In this document: piece after piece, positions 48,307 through 58,611 of the stretch
Numbering within the stretch: the stretch's first letter is position 1
Layout of the letters: each line of letters opens with the position of its first letter
DNA from: Candidatus Latescibacterota bacterium
GTDB lineage: Bacteria; Latescibacterota; UBA2968; GCA-2709665
Reading direction: 5' to 3'
DNA: 64,000 bases
Assembly: GCA_965116875.1 (NCBI GenBank)
Contig: OZ220733.1
Span: 2,592,001 to 2,656,000, forward strand
The notes under the pieces: model-generated
Told to the model about the DNA's origin: nothing
Databases searched by the model: none
The model's input: the letters and a program-made list of their open reading frames with translations, nothing else
Made by a program: the position numbers and the translations under genes

Positions 48307-48557
48307 GGGCACCCACAAGGGGTGCCCCTACGACGTCACGGTCGTTCGTAGGTGGGTGAGGGGGAGAGGTACAGGCGAATCCGGACGATAGGCCAATCCT
48401 GGTTTTTCGATGAATTGTGAACATCTGTTGCAATTTCAGACCACATGCGTGAAATTGTGCGAATTGTAGGGGCGCCCCTTGTGGGTGCCCGCCTGTCTCG
48501 ACATCCGAATAATTGCCTGGGATAACACATTCGTAGGGGCGTCCCTTGTGGGCGCCC
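48307..48557. repeat. REP/REPIN cluster (3 type-A REPs), right border of the island
   Basis: REPs at 48307, 48466, 48533. Spacer and linker nearly identical to 47180-47432. Confidence 0.9.
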
Positions 48558-48663
48558 GTTTCAGGTCGGCGACGGAAGCGTACAGAGATATCCGGGAGCA
48601 GTCCGGCCCCGCTCCCGGATGATGAACGGAACACATCGATTCGACCGGCCCGACCCGGCCGAT

Positions 48664-49428
48664 TCACCCGGTCGCACACTCCCAACAGGTCACTCTGAAT
48701 CCCTCTCCCTTCAACGCCACGGCCCCCGCAAAGCCGCGCCCGGGCGCCAGGGCCCGCATAAACCATTCGGAAGGCGCCGTTGGGTCATCGTCAACGTGCA
48801 GCAGGGCCGCGGGCTCCCACGGTCGCAGCGAGACTTCGAATCCATCCAGGGGGCACGCAAGCCCCGTCCCCAACGCCTTGATATACGCCTCCTTGCGGGT
48901 CCAGCAGTTGAAAAACGCCTCGTACTGGACCTCTGGGGGCAGCGCCCGGATCGCGGCGACTTCGCCGGTCGCGAAATAACGGCCCGCCAGCCGCAGGTGC
49001 TCCTTCACCTCCCGTATACGTTCAACGTCTACGCCGATTCTCCGTGCCCGGATCACCGCGAGAAGAGCGAGGTCGCCGGAGTGGGAGAGGTTGAAGCGCA
49101 ACCGGTCTCCATCCGAACCCTTTTTCAAGAACGGCTTGCCGCGCGATCCATAGCCGAATTCCAGCCGTTTTGGATCCATCCCCACGTACCGCCCAAGAAT
49201 TCTCCTGAGAAACGCCCGGCCGACAATAAAACGCGCCCGGTGTCTGTCAAAGACGAACCGGGCGGCGCGGGCGGTTTCGTCTTCGGAAAGCACACCCCGT
49301 AACTCCTGGACCTCCGGTGCCGGCCGGTCCAGATTCATTCGCCAGACTTGAATCTCGTGGTCCGATGCCACCGGACGTTCGGGCGGTCGGCGCCAGATAT
49401 CGGTTGCCGATCGGTTGGGTTGACTCAC
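48664..49428 (-). CDS. Sfp-type 4'-phosphopantetheinyl transferase
   Basis: 'GKP', 'FNLSHSG', 'IGVDVE', '[10 protein letters not shown]'. GTG start overlapping the upstream stop. Confidence 0.9.
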   Translation of the reverse strand: MSQPNRSATDIWRRPPERPVASDHEIQVWRMNLDRPAPEVQELRGVLSEDETARAARFVFDRHRARFIVGRAFLRRILGRYVGMDPKRLEFGYGSRGKPFLKKGSDGDRLRFNLSHSGDLALLAVIRARRIGVDVERIREVKEHLRLAGRYFATGEVAAIRALPPEVQYEAFFNCWTRKEAYIKALGTGLACPLDGFEVSLRPWEPAALLHVDDDPTAPSEWFMRALAPGRGFAGAVALKGEGFRVTCWECATG

Positions 49429-51413
49429 GGAGATGCACCGCCGTTCAGCCGCTGCACGATCGCCTCCACGTCGTAAACGCATCCCCCCCAGGTCCCGCCG
49501 CCCACGTTTTGAAGGGCCGCCCACAGCCGTGTATCGTCGGGGAGGTCCGCGTCGGGCGCCAGGTCGGGCCGCGTGGGCCTCTCGCCCAGAATGCGGCATC
49601 CCTCTTCCGGCCCGAAACGCGTCTCGCCCACACCGACGAAGTGGATGCTGCCGGAAAGCGTCTTACGGTCGATTGCAATTTCCACCACGTCGCCGTCCAC
49701 CAGCTTGCCGATCGGGCCGCCGGCCAACGCCTCCGGGCCGATGTGTCCGATGCACGCCCCGGCCGAAAAGCCTGAAAACCGCGCGTCCGTGAGCACAGCG
49801 ACGTGTTTCCCGAACGCCAGGTACTTGAGCGCGGTGGTGATCTGGGCGATCTCCTCCATCCCCGCGCCCATCGGGCCGCGACCGATCAGCACCATGACGT
49901 CCCCCGGCTTTACGCCTTTCGGGCCGGAATCCTTCAGTGCGGCGGCAGCCGCCCTCTCGGTGGTGAACACCTTGACAGGACCGGTCATCCTGTAGACGCC
50001 GTCCGCGTCGACGACCGAAGGGTCGATGGCCGTGCTTTTAACGACGGACCCTTCCGGTGCGATATTTCCCGTGGGGAAACAGACCGTGCTGGTCAGTCCC
50101 CTGGAACGCGCGCGGTCCGCATCCATAATCACGTGGTCCGGGTCGACTCCGTCCTGATCGCGCAGCGCCTGCCGGAGCCTGACCCGCCTTTCGGATTTCT
50201 CCCACCAGTCCAGGTTCTCACCCAGCGTACCTCCGGATATCGTGAGGGCGTCCGTCTCCAGCAGCCCCAGTTTCCGCAGGTGCAGCATGACTTCCGGGAC
50301 GCCGCCCGCCAGAAACGCCCGGACCGTGGGGTGGAACTCCGGACCGTTGGGCAGAACGTCAACCAGGCGCGGGACCTGCCGGTTCACGCGGCTCCAGTCC
50401 TCAACCGCGGGCCGGGAGCGCCCGGCCGCATAAGCGACAGCCGGAATGTGCAGGAGCAGGTTGGTGGATCCGCCGAACGCGGCATGCGTGACCATCGCAT
50501 TGTGAAGAGCGGCATCGGTGATCACGTCGGCCGTGGTGAGTCCGGCCGCATGCATCGCGTACACCGCACGGGCGGACCGGAGCGCCATATCCAGCCAGAC
50601 CGCCTCGCCCGAAGGCGCCAGGGCCGAGTGGGTGAGCGCAAATCCAAGCGCCTCGGCCACCACCTGCGAAGTCGCCGCCGTACCCAGAAACTGGCAGCCG
50701 CCCCCGGGGGTTGCACAGGCCCGGCAGCCCAGGTCCTGCACCTCCGAAAGCGACATCTCCCCGTGCGCCAGCCTGACGCCGACCGACTGGATTTTACCCG
50801 CGTCCTCCCCGTCTTCCGGCGGAAGCGTCACGCCGCCGGGCACGATCGCGGTGGGCAGCGAATGCATCGCCGCCAGTGCGATCATCATCGCGGGCAAACC
50901 CTTGTCGCAGGTTGCAACGCCGATCACCCCTTTTCGCGTGGGAAGCGACCGGACCAGCCGCCGGAGCACGGTCGCCGCGTCGTTTCGGTACGCCAGACTG
51001 TCCATCATGCCGGTCGTGCCCTGCGAACGTCCGTCGCAGGGGTCCGAGCAATATCCCGCAAAGGGAATACCGCCCAGGCGGTGAATCTCCAGGGCGGCCT
51101 CCCGCATCAGCAACCCCACCTCCCAGTGCCCGGTGTGGTATCCCAGCGCGACCGGGCGTCCGTCCGGTTCGCGAATCCCTCCCATCGTACTCAGGATCAG
51201 GAATTCGGGCCGGCCCAGTTCGGTAGGATCCCAACCCATGCCCGCGTTCTGGCTGTAGCCGAAGATATCCCCGCTGGGAGATTCAACCACCAGCTCTTCC
51301 GTGAGGGAAATCAGCCGGCCTTCGGGTCCAGGCGCGCGCGTTCGGACCTCGAAAACCGATTCGTCGCCCGACTGCAGGATGGATTGCACGGATGGATTGC
51401 TTACGGCAGGCAT
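49425..51413 (-). CDS. YjhG/YagF-family D-xylonate dehydratase (IlvD/Edd family)
   Basis: '[11 protein letters not shown]', '[10 protein letters not shown]', 'ATCDKGLP', '[12 protein letters not shown]', 'TDARFSG'. Confidence 0.9.
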   Translation of the reverse strand: MPAVSNPSVQSILQSGDESVFEVRTRAPGPEGRLISLTEELVVESPSGDIFGYSQNAGMGWDPTELGRPEFLILSTMGGIREPDGRPVALGYHTGHWEVGLLMREAALEIHRLGGIPFAGYCSDPCDGRSQGTTGMMDSLAYRNDAATVLRRLVRSLPTRKGVIGVATCDKGLPAMMIALAAMHSLPTAIVPGGVTLPPEDGEDAGKIQSVGVRLAHGEMSLSEVQDLGCRACATPGGGCQFLGTAATSQVVAEALGFALTHSALAPSGEAVWLDMALRSARAVYAMHAAGLTTADVITDAALHNAMVTHAAFGGSTNLLLHIPAVAYAAGRSRPAVEDWSRVNRQVPRLVDVLPNGPEFHPTVRAFLAGGVPEVMLHLRKLGLLETDALTISGGTLGENLDWWEKSERRVRLRQALRDQDGVDPDHVIMDADRARSRGLTSTVCFPTGNIAPEGSVVKSTAIDPSVVDADGVYRMTGPVKVFTTERAAAAALKDSGPKGVKPGDVMVLIGRGPMGAGMEEIAQITTALKYLAFGKHVAVLTDARFSGFSAGACIGHIGPEALAGGPIGKLVDGDVVEIAIDRKTLSGSIHFVGVGETRFGPEEGCRILGERPTRPDLAPDADLPDDTRLWAALQNVGGGTWGGCVYDVEAIVQRLNGGASP

Positions 51414-51441
51414 GAAGACTCCTCAATTCAGCGCAGAACGC

Positions 51442-52212
51442 TCACTCCAGTCCCATGGCCTTCAGATTCCGGAGGCTGATGCCCAGGCTCTCGAACGGGT
51501 CCCGCTGGCACGTGTCCTGCTCCACGATGTACCACCGGGTGCCGGCCGCCGTGCACGCATCCAGAATGGCCGGCCAATTCAGGTTGCCCTCGCCCACCTC
51601 GGCGTAGAGCTGCTCCCGGCCGCGCATGGCCATATCCTTCACGTGAACCAGGTCGGCCCGGCCCGCGGCCCTGCGAATCCACTCGGCGGGGTCTCCGCCT
51701 CCGTGCTGGACCCAGTAGGTATCGATCTCCAGTTGGACGACCTCGGGGTCGCTTTCCTCAAACAGGATCTGCAGCCCCGTCCGATCGCCGAATCGCTCCA
51801 GTTCAAAGCTGTGGTTATGATACCCGAACGTGAGTCCGGCCACTGCCAGTTTCCGCGCGACTTCGGATGCCTCGCGAGCGAACCGCCTGTAACCCTCGCC
51901 ACCGCCTTCGCGATAGCTCTGGGGCAGGCCGCCGATCGCCGGGTACAGGCATCCCCACAACAGGTGCTCGTCGATGACAGACTGGGTCTCATCCCGCATG
52001 CGTTCGTAGCTGGTGTGTGTGGCGCAGATCTCGAGGCCCTCGCCATCGGCCATGTCCTTGAGTTCCTCCGGGCTGATCTCTCCGAATGCAGACACCTGCA
52101 TGGCGTCGTATCCCAGCGCCTTCACCTTCTTGAGGCTGGCCGCGACGTCCGCGGGTGTCTGCGTAAATTCACGCACCGTATACATCTGCGCAGCCAATAC
52201 CGTACCGGCCAT
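51442..52212 (-). CDS. Sugar phosphate isomerase/epimerase (xylose isomerase-like TIM barrel)
   Basis: 'QMYTVRE', 'YHNHSFE', 'EIDTYW', 'HVKD', 'IVEQD'. Confidence 0.85.
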   Translation of the reverse strand: MAGTVLAAQMYTVREFTQTPADVAASLKKVKALGYDAMQVSAFGEISPEELKDMADGEGLEICATHTSYERMRDETQSVIDEHLLWGCLYPAIGGLPQSYREGGGEGYRRFAREASEVARKLAVAGLTFGYHNHSFELERFGDRTGLQILFEESDPEVVQLEIDTYWVQHGGGDPAEWIRRAAGRADLVHVKDMAMRGREQLYAEVGEGNLNWPAILDACTAAGTRWYIVEQDTCQRDPFESLGISLRNLKAMGLE

Positions 52213-52408
52213 CTTCCGCTCCTTTCCACAATCGTCAATGCATTCTATACACCTTTTTCTCAAGTACCAAAATACCAAAGGATCGAGGAACTTCCAAGCC
52301 AAGTTTTCCCGCCGGAAGCCTGAAATCCTACGACGCTGACAGGAACGATTTTTAACTGGTATTTTTCCGAAACCAATGTATTTTTAATTCGAAGTTTCCG
52401 CTCCCTGA

Positions 52409-52568
52409 CAGTCCGTTGAAAAAGTCGCTCTGCAGGCGAGGCCGAGCCATTGTGGTCGAAGACAAGGCGCGCGACCGAGTCCCATCCTGCGATTCGGCGA
52501 GGGAGCGCAACGCAGTATTTCGACCGCAAGGGCCGGCCGTAGCCCGGATGGGCTTTTTCAACGGGCTG
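52409..52568. mobile_element. MITE-like element 2 (160 bp)
   Basis: Terminal inverted repeats CAGtCCGTTGAAAAAGtC / GgCTTTTTCAACGGgCTG. Non-coding, in a divergent intergenic region. Confidence 0.65.
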
Positions 52569-52639
52569 CTACTTCCTCCCCGTTTTGCGCGATCCCCTTT
52601 TTTCGTACGAGCCCGCCTCCCTCGCAGAGGAGCCCGTTT

Positions 52640-54910
52640 ATGTCCGCATTGCAGCACGCGACAACGCAACAGGAGCGCCGCAACCGGACGCTTCTGGGCG
52701 GTTCGCGATATCTGTCCGACAACGTTACGTCACAGGTTTTGCCAATACATATCGACGTCCGCCAGACCGATTCGTTGACGGATGCGCAGGTCAACCATTT
52801 TACAGCCCTTCAGATCGACGCGGCCCGTACGGCAGTGCGTTCGCTGGCATCCCTGGCCGAAGTCGGAGAGGCGGACCACCTGGGCGGCGGCATCGGCCTG
52901 ATTCCGCCATTGGTGCTCACCCTGGCGGTGGTCGACTTCGAGCGTATCGAGTACACCATCGAACACGCCCATACCAGCGTCGGATATTTCGCGGCGCTTT
53001 CCGCGGTCGGGTTTGTGGAACCCGAACACGTTGTGACCGACTTTCGGCGCGGTCTGGATCTTCCCGGCCACGTTTCGTGGCTGCCGGGGGGCACGCAGAT
53101 GAACGGCGGACGCCTGGGCGTGATGATTCCGGTTGCGGTTGGCAATGCGCTGGGTAAGCGCGGTTCGTACGGCGACGGATGCTGGGTTGTTGCCCATTGC
53201 GGAGACGCCGGCTGGATTTCCGGCCAGGCGTTGAACGGCTTCAACGCCGCGCACGTTCACGGCGCGCCAATCACGTTTGTCATGGACCGAAACGGGATCC
53301 AGCTTTCCGGCAGCACCAGGAGCATTCTGGACAAGGACCCCCGGTCCATCATCGGCGCAATGGGTGTGGAGATTCTTGAAATTCCCACGCTGCACGATCC
53401 CGCCGGCCTGTACAGCGCGTACCGAGAGGCGTACGGACTGGCGCAGGGGGGCCGACCCAGCCTTATCTATCCGGTCGGCTTCCGGTCCGGGAACGGTACG
53501 CGGATCGACCTGTCGCATTTTGGTGAAACCCACGGCATTCCGGATGAGGTCGAAGCCTTCGCGGGACGACACGACGTGCCTATGGACCGCGAGATCTGGG
53601 TCCCCGGATCTCTGATGAGCTATAGAGACGTGGAGCCCATGCTGGAGTGCCTCTTCCTGGTGAACGACCTGCCTGGCGGCGCCGGCCACCACGACGGGGG
53701 CATGAAGGGCCGCAACGAAGCCGACGTGCTCGCCGGTTCCATGTTCCGGGCGACGTCCGGCCAGTCGGAAGCGCTGGAGAATCTGAAGTCGCAGCCGGCC
53801 CTGGAGGTCGTGACCCGCGCCCGTCCGGCGCCTGGAAGCCCGAATCTGGTACTGCCTGAAGGCGCGGCGGCAAGCGTCTCCTTACCCGGGCCGGGTGAGA
53901 TGAAGAGCGCCCGCGACGGTTCGGAAGCCGGTTACGCGCTGGTGGCCGAGACCTTTCCCGAACGTGTCTTCGTGGTCAGCTGCGACCTGGACGCTTCCAC
54001 CAAACTGTCGAAGGCCCGGAGTCACCTGGCCGAAGACCATCAGTTCGAGATCAGCATCGAAGAACAGGCGGCCACCCTCATCGCCAACGGCCTGGCCACC
54101 AGTACCCCGAACCCGCAACTGAACGTGGTGTCCACCTTCGCGGCCTTCTTCGAAGGCATTGCCCGGGAAGGCTTTGACATGTGGCAGTACCAGCGCAATC
54201 TGACGGGAGCGAACGAAGGTCTGAACGTCACCTTCCATCTCTCTCACGTTGGCGCGTGTACGGGCCGGGACCATTTTTCCGGATGGGGGCTGGACTGGAT
54301 CAACGTGGGGCTCAACTACCTTCCGTACCTGCACCGGTTCTACGCCCCGGCCGATGCGCGGTCCGCCTTTCTTGCCGTGATCGACCTGGCCGCCAATTAC
54401 GGCGGACATATCATCGGGATTCCCCGGGACAACCTGCCCGTCCTCGAAAAGCAGGACGGCTCCGGCCCGCTCTGGACCGAGGGGGAGGCGTGGCAAGCCG
54501 TCACGCCCTGCCGGACCTTTGCCGGGGCCCGTCGCGCGATCCTGGCTTTCGGCGCGCCGGCATTCCTGGCCGCGGAGGCCGCGGACATCCTGAACGACCG
54601 GGGCGCAGGGGCGGACGTGTACGTTGTCAACGGGCTGCCCCTGCCGACGGGGCGCCTGGAATCGTTGATATCACGATACACCGGGGGCGTCGTCACCATC
54701 GAAGACGGAAAGATCGGCACGCCTCAAACCGGACTCAGGGGGTTCGCTGGCCTGGTGGCCACCGCGGCCTCGTCCCGGAACATCGCCCATGCGCACGTGG
54801 GTCTGACGGATCCGACAATCGCCCCGTCCGACGGGCATATGGAGACCTGGGCGCACTTCGGCATCACCACCGACGCGCTGGTCGATGCGGTTGATCGTCT
54901 GCAGGGGTGA
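52640..54910 (+). CDS. Transketolase-like TPP-dependent enzyme
   Basis: 'HLGG', 'LPGH', 'CGDAG...DRNG', 'DLDAST', 'ISIEEQ', 'STFAAF'. Confidence 0.75.
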   Translation: MSALQHATTQQERRNRTLLGGSRYLSDNVTSQVLPIHIDVRQTDSLTDAQVNHFTALQIDAARTAVRSLASLAEVGEADHLGGGIGLIPPLVLTLAVVDFERIEYTIEHAHTSVGYFAALSAVGFVEPEHVVTDFRRGLDLPGHVSWLPGGTQMNGGRLGVMIPVAVGNALGKRGSYGDGCWVVAHCGDAGWISGQALNGFNAAHVHGAPITFVMDRNGIQLSGSTRSILDKDPRSIIGAMGVEILEIPTLHDPAGLYSAYREAYGLAQGGRPSLIYPVGFRSGNGTRIDLSHFGETHGIPDEVEAFAGRHDVPMDREIWVPGSLMSYRDVEPMLECLFLVNDLPGGAGHHDGGMKGRNEADVLAGSMFRATSGQSEALENLKSQPALEVVTRARPAPGSPNLVLPEGAAASVSLPGPGEMKSARDGSEAGYALVAETFPERVFVVSCDLDASTKLSKARSHLAEDHQFEISIEEQAATLIANGLATSTPNPQLNVVSTFAAFFEGIAREGFDMWQYQRNLTGANEGLNVTFHLSHVGACTGRDHFSGWGLDWINVGLNYLPYLHRFYAPADARSAFLAVIDLAANYGGHIIGIPRDNLPVLEKQDGSGPLWTEGEAWQAVTPCRTFAGARRAILAFGAPAFLAAEAADILNDRGAGADVYVVNGLPLPTGRLESLISRYTGGVVTIEDGKIGTPQTGLRGFAGLVATAASSRNIAHAHVGLTDPTIAPSDGHMETWAHFGITTDALVDAVDRLQG

Positions 54911-55101
54911 ATTGCAGCGTTCGGGGAAGGGACAACTGGAGGCGGGTGGGACGGACGGCGCCGACCGGCGCGCGGACCCGGAGCTTACACGGGCGGGAGG
55001 AACGAGGCTTTCTTCGCGTGTGTCTTTGTGAGAGGCAGAGAATCCGCAACACGCGTCGCCATGCGGTTACGACCCTGTTTCCGCACAGAAGCTTTCCAAC
55101 G

Positions 55102-56430
55102 CTAGAAAATCCTGTAGCTCAAGCCCATATTGAAGCTTTGCCTGGACTTTTCGCCTCTGGCGACGCGAAAGGACTCGGAAAGCGTCATGTTGAATTTGTT
55201 TTCGATATAGAAGCTGAGCGCAAACGCGATATGTGAGATGATCTCGGCTTCCCTATCGTTGCGCTTCTGTGCGCGAATGGTCTTCAGTGTCGTGAACCGG
55301 ACCCTGTTCGTCACCTCGTAGATGAAGTCCGTTTTCAGGCGCAGGTTGTAGTCGCTCCCGAAGGCATTCGAAAATGGCGTATCGTAGTGGAAGTCGGTAT
55401 TGATCTGCGTGCTCCAGCTGATCGGGTGGGAATATCGAAAATTGATGAGGAAACCGGGCGGCGGCCGGTCGGTGTCTTCATAGGGATTCAGCACCTGAAA
55501 CTGTACGCCGGTCGTGATGTCCCATCCATAGAATCTCTTGCTGATCTGCTCCTGTGTCAACACTTCCTGAATCCGCACGAGTCCGAATCCGATCTCATCG
55601 CCCAGCACCCGGCGGGACCTCCTGATCTCGGCAAGCATGTCCTCGAACCAGTAGTTCTCGTAACGGTCTCCGTGCTGTTCCTTGTATTCCCTTTCCCTGT
55701 CTATAATATGCGCCAGTTCGATCATCGTCTCCTTGGAGAAGTGTTCGCCGATGATCCCCTCCTCCAGGAAGAATTCCTCGATTCTTCCCGCTTTCCGAAG
55801 GGCGGTGGCGTCGATGAACCGTCCGTGTCCGATGCCCAGCGTCATCTCGATGTTGGGTCGATCGTATCCGGAATCCAGGTCCGAGTCCGTGCCCCACGAA
55901 TAGAAGAGGCTGCCTTCGTTCCGGTGATATTTCTTCAGGTTCGTCTTCAGGTGGGTCAGGGCGTCCCGCTCGTTTTCCTTGGTGATGATATTCTTCCGGA
56001 TCGAACCGTGACCGGTTGCGTCCACGGAATAGGCATACGGCAGCGACTCGTAGAACTTCTTGTAGACGACGGACACGTTTCCATTCTGTACGACAGTCTC
56101 GTCGCCCTCCGTTGCGTAGTTGAAGCTGAGCGCGTCGACGCGCAGGTTGTGCGCCCTGCTGACGGGGACCACGTAGTCCGTAATCGACACGTTTTGCGCC
56201 GTCGCCGCGGAAGCCGTCAGCAGGCAGAACATCGCCGGCCGTACAAGCGCCACCCGGAGAAGGAAATGTACGCATCCCGCCAGTTCGCGCGGAAGGTCCG
56301 CCAGCGCCCGTTGATGCAGATACGGCCCTCTCTCGGTGCAACTTCGTGCCGGACCGCAACCGGGACCCGCCGGCCGGCCCACTGTCGCCATTCGCAGCTG
56401 CTCTCGCCTCGTTCCCGTTTTTCCTGTCAT
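55102..56430 (-). CDS. Hypothetical exported/outer-membrane beta-barrel-like protein (start may be 56232)
   Basis: Signal-like 'MFCLLTASAATAQ', alternating beta pattern, terminal 'LSYRIF'. Confidence 0.55.
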   Translation of the reverse strand: MTGKTGTRREQLRMATVGRPAGPGCGPARSCTERGPYLHQRALADLPRELAGCVHFLLRVALVRPAMFCLLTASAATAQNVSITDYVVPVSRAHNLRVDALSFNYATEGDETVVQNGNVSVVYKKFYESLPYAYSVDATGHGSIRKNIITKENERDALTHLKTNLKKYHRNEGSLFYSWGTDSDLDSGYDRPNIEMTLGIGHGRFIDATALRKAGRIEEFFLEEGIIGEHFSKETMIELAHIIDREREYKEQHGDRYENYWFEDMLAEIRRSRRVLGDEIGFGLVRIQEVLTQEQISKRFYGWDITTGVQFQVLNPYEDTDRPPPGFLINFRYSHPISWSTQINTDFHYDTPFSNAFGSDYNLRLKTDFIYEVTNRVRFTTLKTIRAQKRNDREAEIISHIAFALSFYIENKFNMTLSESFRVARGEKSRQSFNMGLSYRIF

Positions 56431-57188
56431 TTCTCTTCTCCCCTGTCTTCGTGTAAGGGATCGGCCTTCGATGAATCGGGTGGCTCCATCAGGAATGTAA
56501 TGTCGTCGTAGTCCGCTTTTACGAACGACTTTGTGTTGTCCGAATCCGTCAGCACGGCAACGGCCTTCACCAGCCGCGGGTCGCTACCGAAAACACGTTT
56601 GTAGTCTTCATAGGCATTGACCTCTTCCCACATCCATTTGCCGGTATTCCTGCGTCCGGATTGCAGTACGATTACTTTTGTGCTTTCGTGGTGCGGGCTT
56701 TCCGTGTGCGTGCCCGCCGGCAGTGTCGCACTCCACACGTACTTGAGCGTTTTGGGCCGGATTCTGCCACCGAACACCAGGCGCACCGCCGCGGCGCTGT
56801 CGTTGGTTTCCTTGTCGTTTTCATTGCCGTCTTCCGGGAGCTTGTGCACCCGCCACCGCCATCTGAGCTTTTTCCAGATACGAAGGTTGACTTTTACCGG
56901 CCGGCCCGCATTTGTCGCCCTGCCCACGGTTTCGGCGCTCAGAAAATGGTCGCCGTTCTCCTTCTGTATCGTGTAATACAGGTCCTCCCTCTTCTTTGCC
57001 TTCTTCTGGCGCCAGCCCACCCGCGCTTCCCAGTTCCCGGGAAACCGTCCGAGCTGCCCGGGGTACTCGAATCGTTCCAGAATGAGGACGGAATCCCGGG
57101 AAGGCGTATAGAAGTGAGCCGGTGGATCGGCCGCGTACGCCGTGGATCCGATCAGGACCCCGATGATTGTTTTCTGAAGTCGTCTCAT
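56427..57188 (-). CDS. DUF3047-family exported protein
   Basis: 'LRWRWRV', 'DSAAAV', 'LKYVWS', 'DYKRVFG', 'TDSDNT'. Confidence 0.75.
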   Translation of the reverse strand: MRRLQKTIIGVLIGSTAYAADPPAHFYTPSRDSVLILERFEYPGQLGRFPGNWEARVGWRQKKAKKREDLYYTIQKENGDHFLSAETVGRATNAGRPVKVNLRIWKKLRWRWRVHKLPEDGNENDKETNDSAAAVRLVFGGRIRPKTLKYVWSATLPAGTHTESPHHESTKVIVLQSGRRNTGKWMWEEVNAYEDYKRVFGSDPRLVKAVAVLTDSDNTKSFVKADYDDITFLMEPPDSSKADPLHEDRGEEK

Positions 57189-57425
57189 AGGAAGTCGGGT
57201 CGATGCCGCTTCACGGAACGCCGTGGAACCGGGAATTCCGCAGGGATTCTACGTCAATCCGTACCGCCCTGCCGGCACCTCAGAAAATATAGGAAATAGA
57301 CTCTTCAAGGTGTACAAAAAAGCCCGTGAACAGACCTTCGGCCGGGCCCGCGGAACAGGCATAAAGATACCGCCACGGAACCCGTTCCCGCGGCGGTGAC
57401 GACGCCTTGAGCGTTCACGCCTTCG

Positions 57426-58556
57426 CTATGCGCCGAATTCCCGGGCGAATCGAACGAAATCTCCAAACCCGACGCGACCGTCTCCGTCCAGGTCAAATCC
57501 GGTTTCGTAGTCCGCGTCACCCGCTTCGGAACCGAAAGCCCTCGCAAACAACAAAAAGTCGGCAAAATCCACCTGGCCGCTGCCGTCGAAATCCGCTGAT
57601 CTCCGCTGGACGCTGACGCTTGCCACCGGCAGGATTCCTTCGCCGTAATTCCAGCCCGTCCCCCAGTCCACCTTCTTCGTTTCCGCATCGACAGCACCGA
57701 CGTGATACCAGAGATCCGAACTGTTATGAGATTCATGCACCTCCGTGGTGATTCCACTGTCCAGTGCGACGTTGGGAGCGAGGCCCCGGTCGAACTCCAT
57801 TGCTTCTCCCCACTCGACGGTCTTGCGCTTCGCGTCCAGTATGCCCACGTGGTACCATAGACGCAGTCCGCTGATCGACTCATGCATCTCCATGACCACG
57901 CCGTTGTCCATATCCACGGAGGGCGTCTGGCCGCCGTCGTATTCCTGCGCGTCACCCCACGCAATGGACTTCGACGTTGTATCCACCATACCCACGGTGT
58001 ACCAGAGACGTTCACCCTCTTCGGATTGATGGGTTTCCACCACAATTCCGTCCCAAAGGGCAACTGACGGGTACTGTCCCCCGTCGTACTTCTGCGCCTC
58101 ACCCCAGTCAATCGATTTGGCCTGTGTATCCACGAGGCCCACGTGGTACCACAGATTCGTACCGAAATGGGACTGATGCACTTCCACGACGACGCGGCCT
58201 TCCAACGCGACCATGGGAAACTGGCCCGCGTCGTACCTCGTACCCTCGCCCCAGAGGATGGCCTTTTTTCCCGCGTCAACCTCGCCGACTTTGTACCAGA
58301 GATTCGTGCCGAGGTGGGACTGGTGCACCTCGACGACAAGGGTTCCATCCACGGCCACGGAGGGGGCCTGGCCGTCGTCGTGCGCCCCCACCTCCCCCCA
58401 GTCGACCGTACGCGTATCCGCGTCGATCACGCCGACCCGGTACCTCAACTCCGACACCTCTTCCTCCTGGTGCATCTCCACGACCACGTCGGCCGCCGGA
58501 ATTGAAATGCCCCAGAGGCACGCGCACAGAAAGATGGTGAATCGAAAGACTCGCAT
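57426..58556 (-). CDS. Secreted 6-repeat beta-propeller-like protein with C-terminal dockerin-like EF-hand pair
   Basis: Six ~49-aa repeats 'VVEVHQS...LWY.VG.VD...I.WG...YD.GQ.P.VA'. C-terminal 'ADFDGSGQVDFADFL...FDLDGDGRVGFGDF'. Confidence 0.75.
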   Translation of the reverse strand: MRVFRFTIFLCACLWGISIPAADVVVEMHQEEEVSELRYRVGVIDADTRTVDWGEVGAHDDGQAPSVAVDGTLVVEVHQSHLGTNLWYKVGEVDAGKKAILWGEGTRYDAGQFPMVALEGRVVVEVHQSHFGTNLWYHVGLVDTQAKSIDWGEAQKYDGGQYPSVALWDGIVVETHQSEEGERLWYTVGMVDTTSKSIAWGDAQEYDGGQTPSVDMDNGVVMEMHESISGLRLWYHVGILDAKRKTVEWGEAMEFDRGLAPNVALDSGITTEVHESHNSSDLWYHVGAVDAETKKVDWGTGWNYGEGILPVASVSVQRRSADFDGSGQVDFADFLLFARAFGSEAGDADYETGFDLDGDGRVGFGDFVRFAREFGA

Positions 58557-58580
58557 CGTGTCTCAATTCGCGAAATATGG

Positions 58581-58611
58581 AGCCCGGATGGGCTTTTTCA
58601 ACGGGCTGCTA
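58581..58611. repeat. Solo right end of MITE-like element 2
   Basis: agcccggatgggctttttcaacgggctgcta is identical to 52541-52571. Confidence 0.75.

Noticed and set aside
31236-48557. Classical integron or prophage
   Set aside because: No tyrosine integrase, no recurring canonical attC (RYYYAAC...GTTRRRY) sites that I could identify, and no phage structural genes.
49803-52323. Long + strand ORFs (558 aa, 340 aa) and similar antisense ORFs at 20853-22151, 28932-30293, 55387-56511 and 60266-61183
   Set aside because: They are shadow ORFs opposite well-supported genes in high-GC DNA and have no recognisable motifs.
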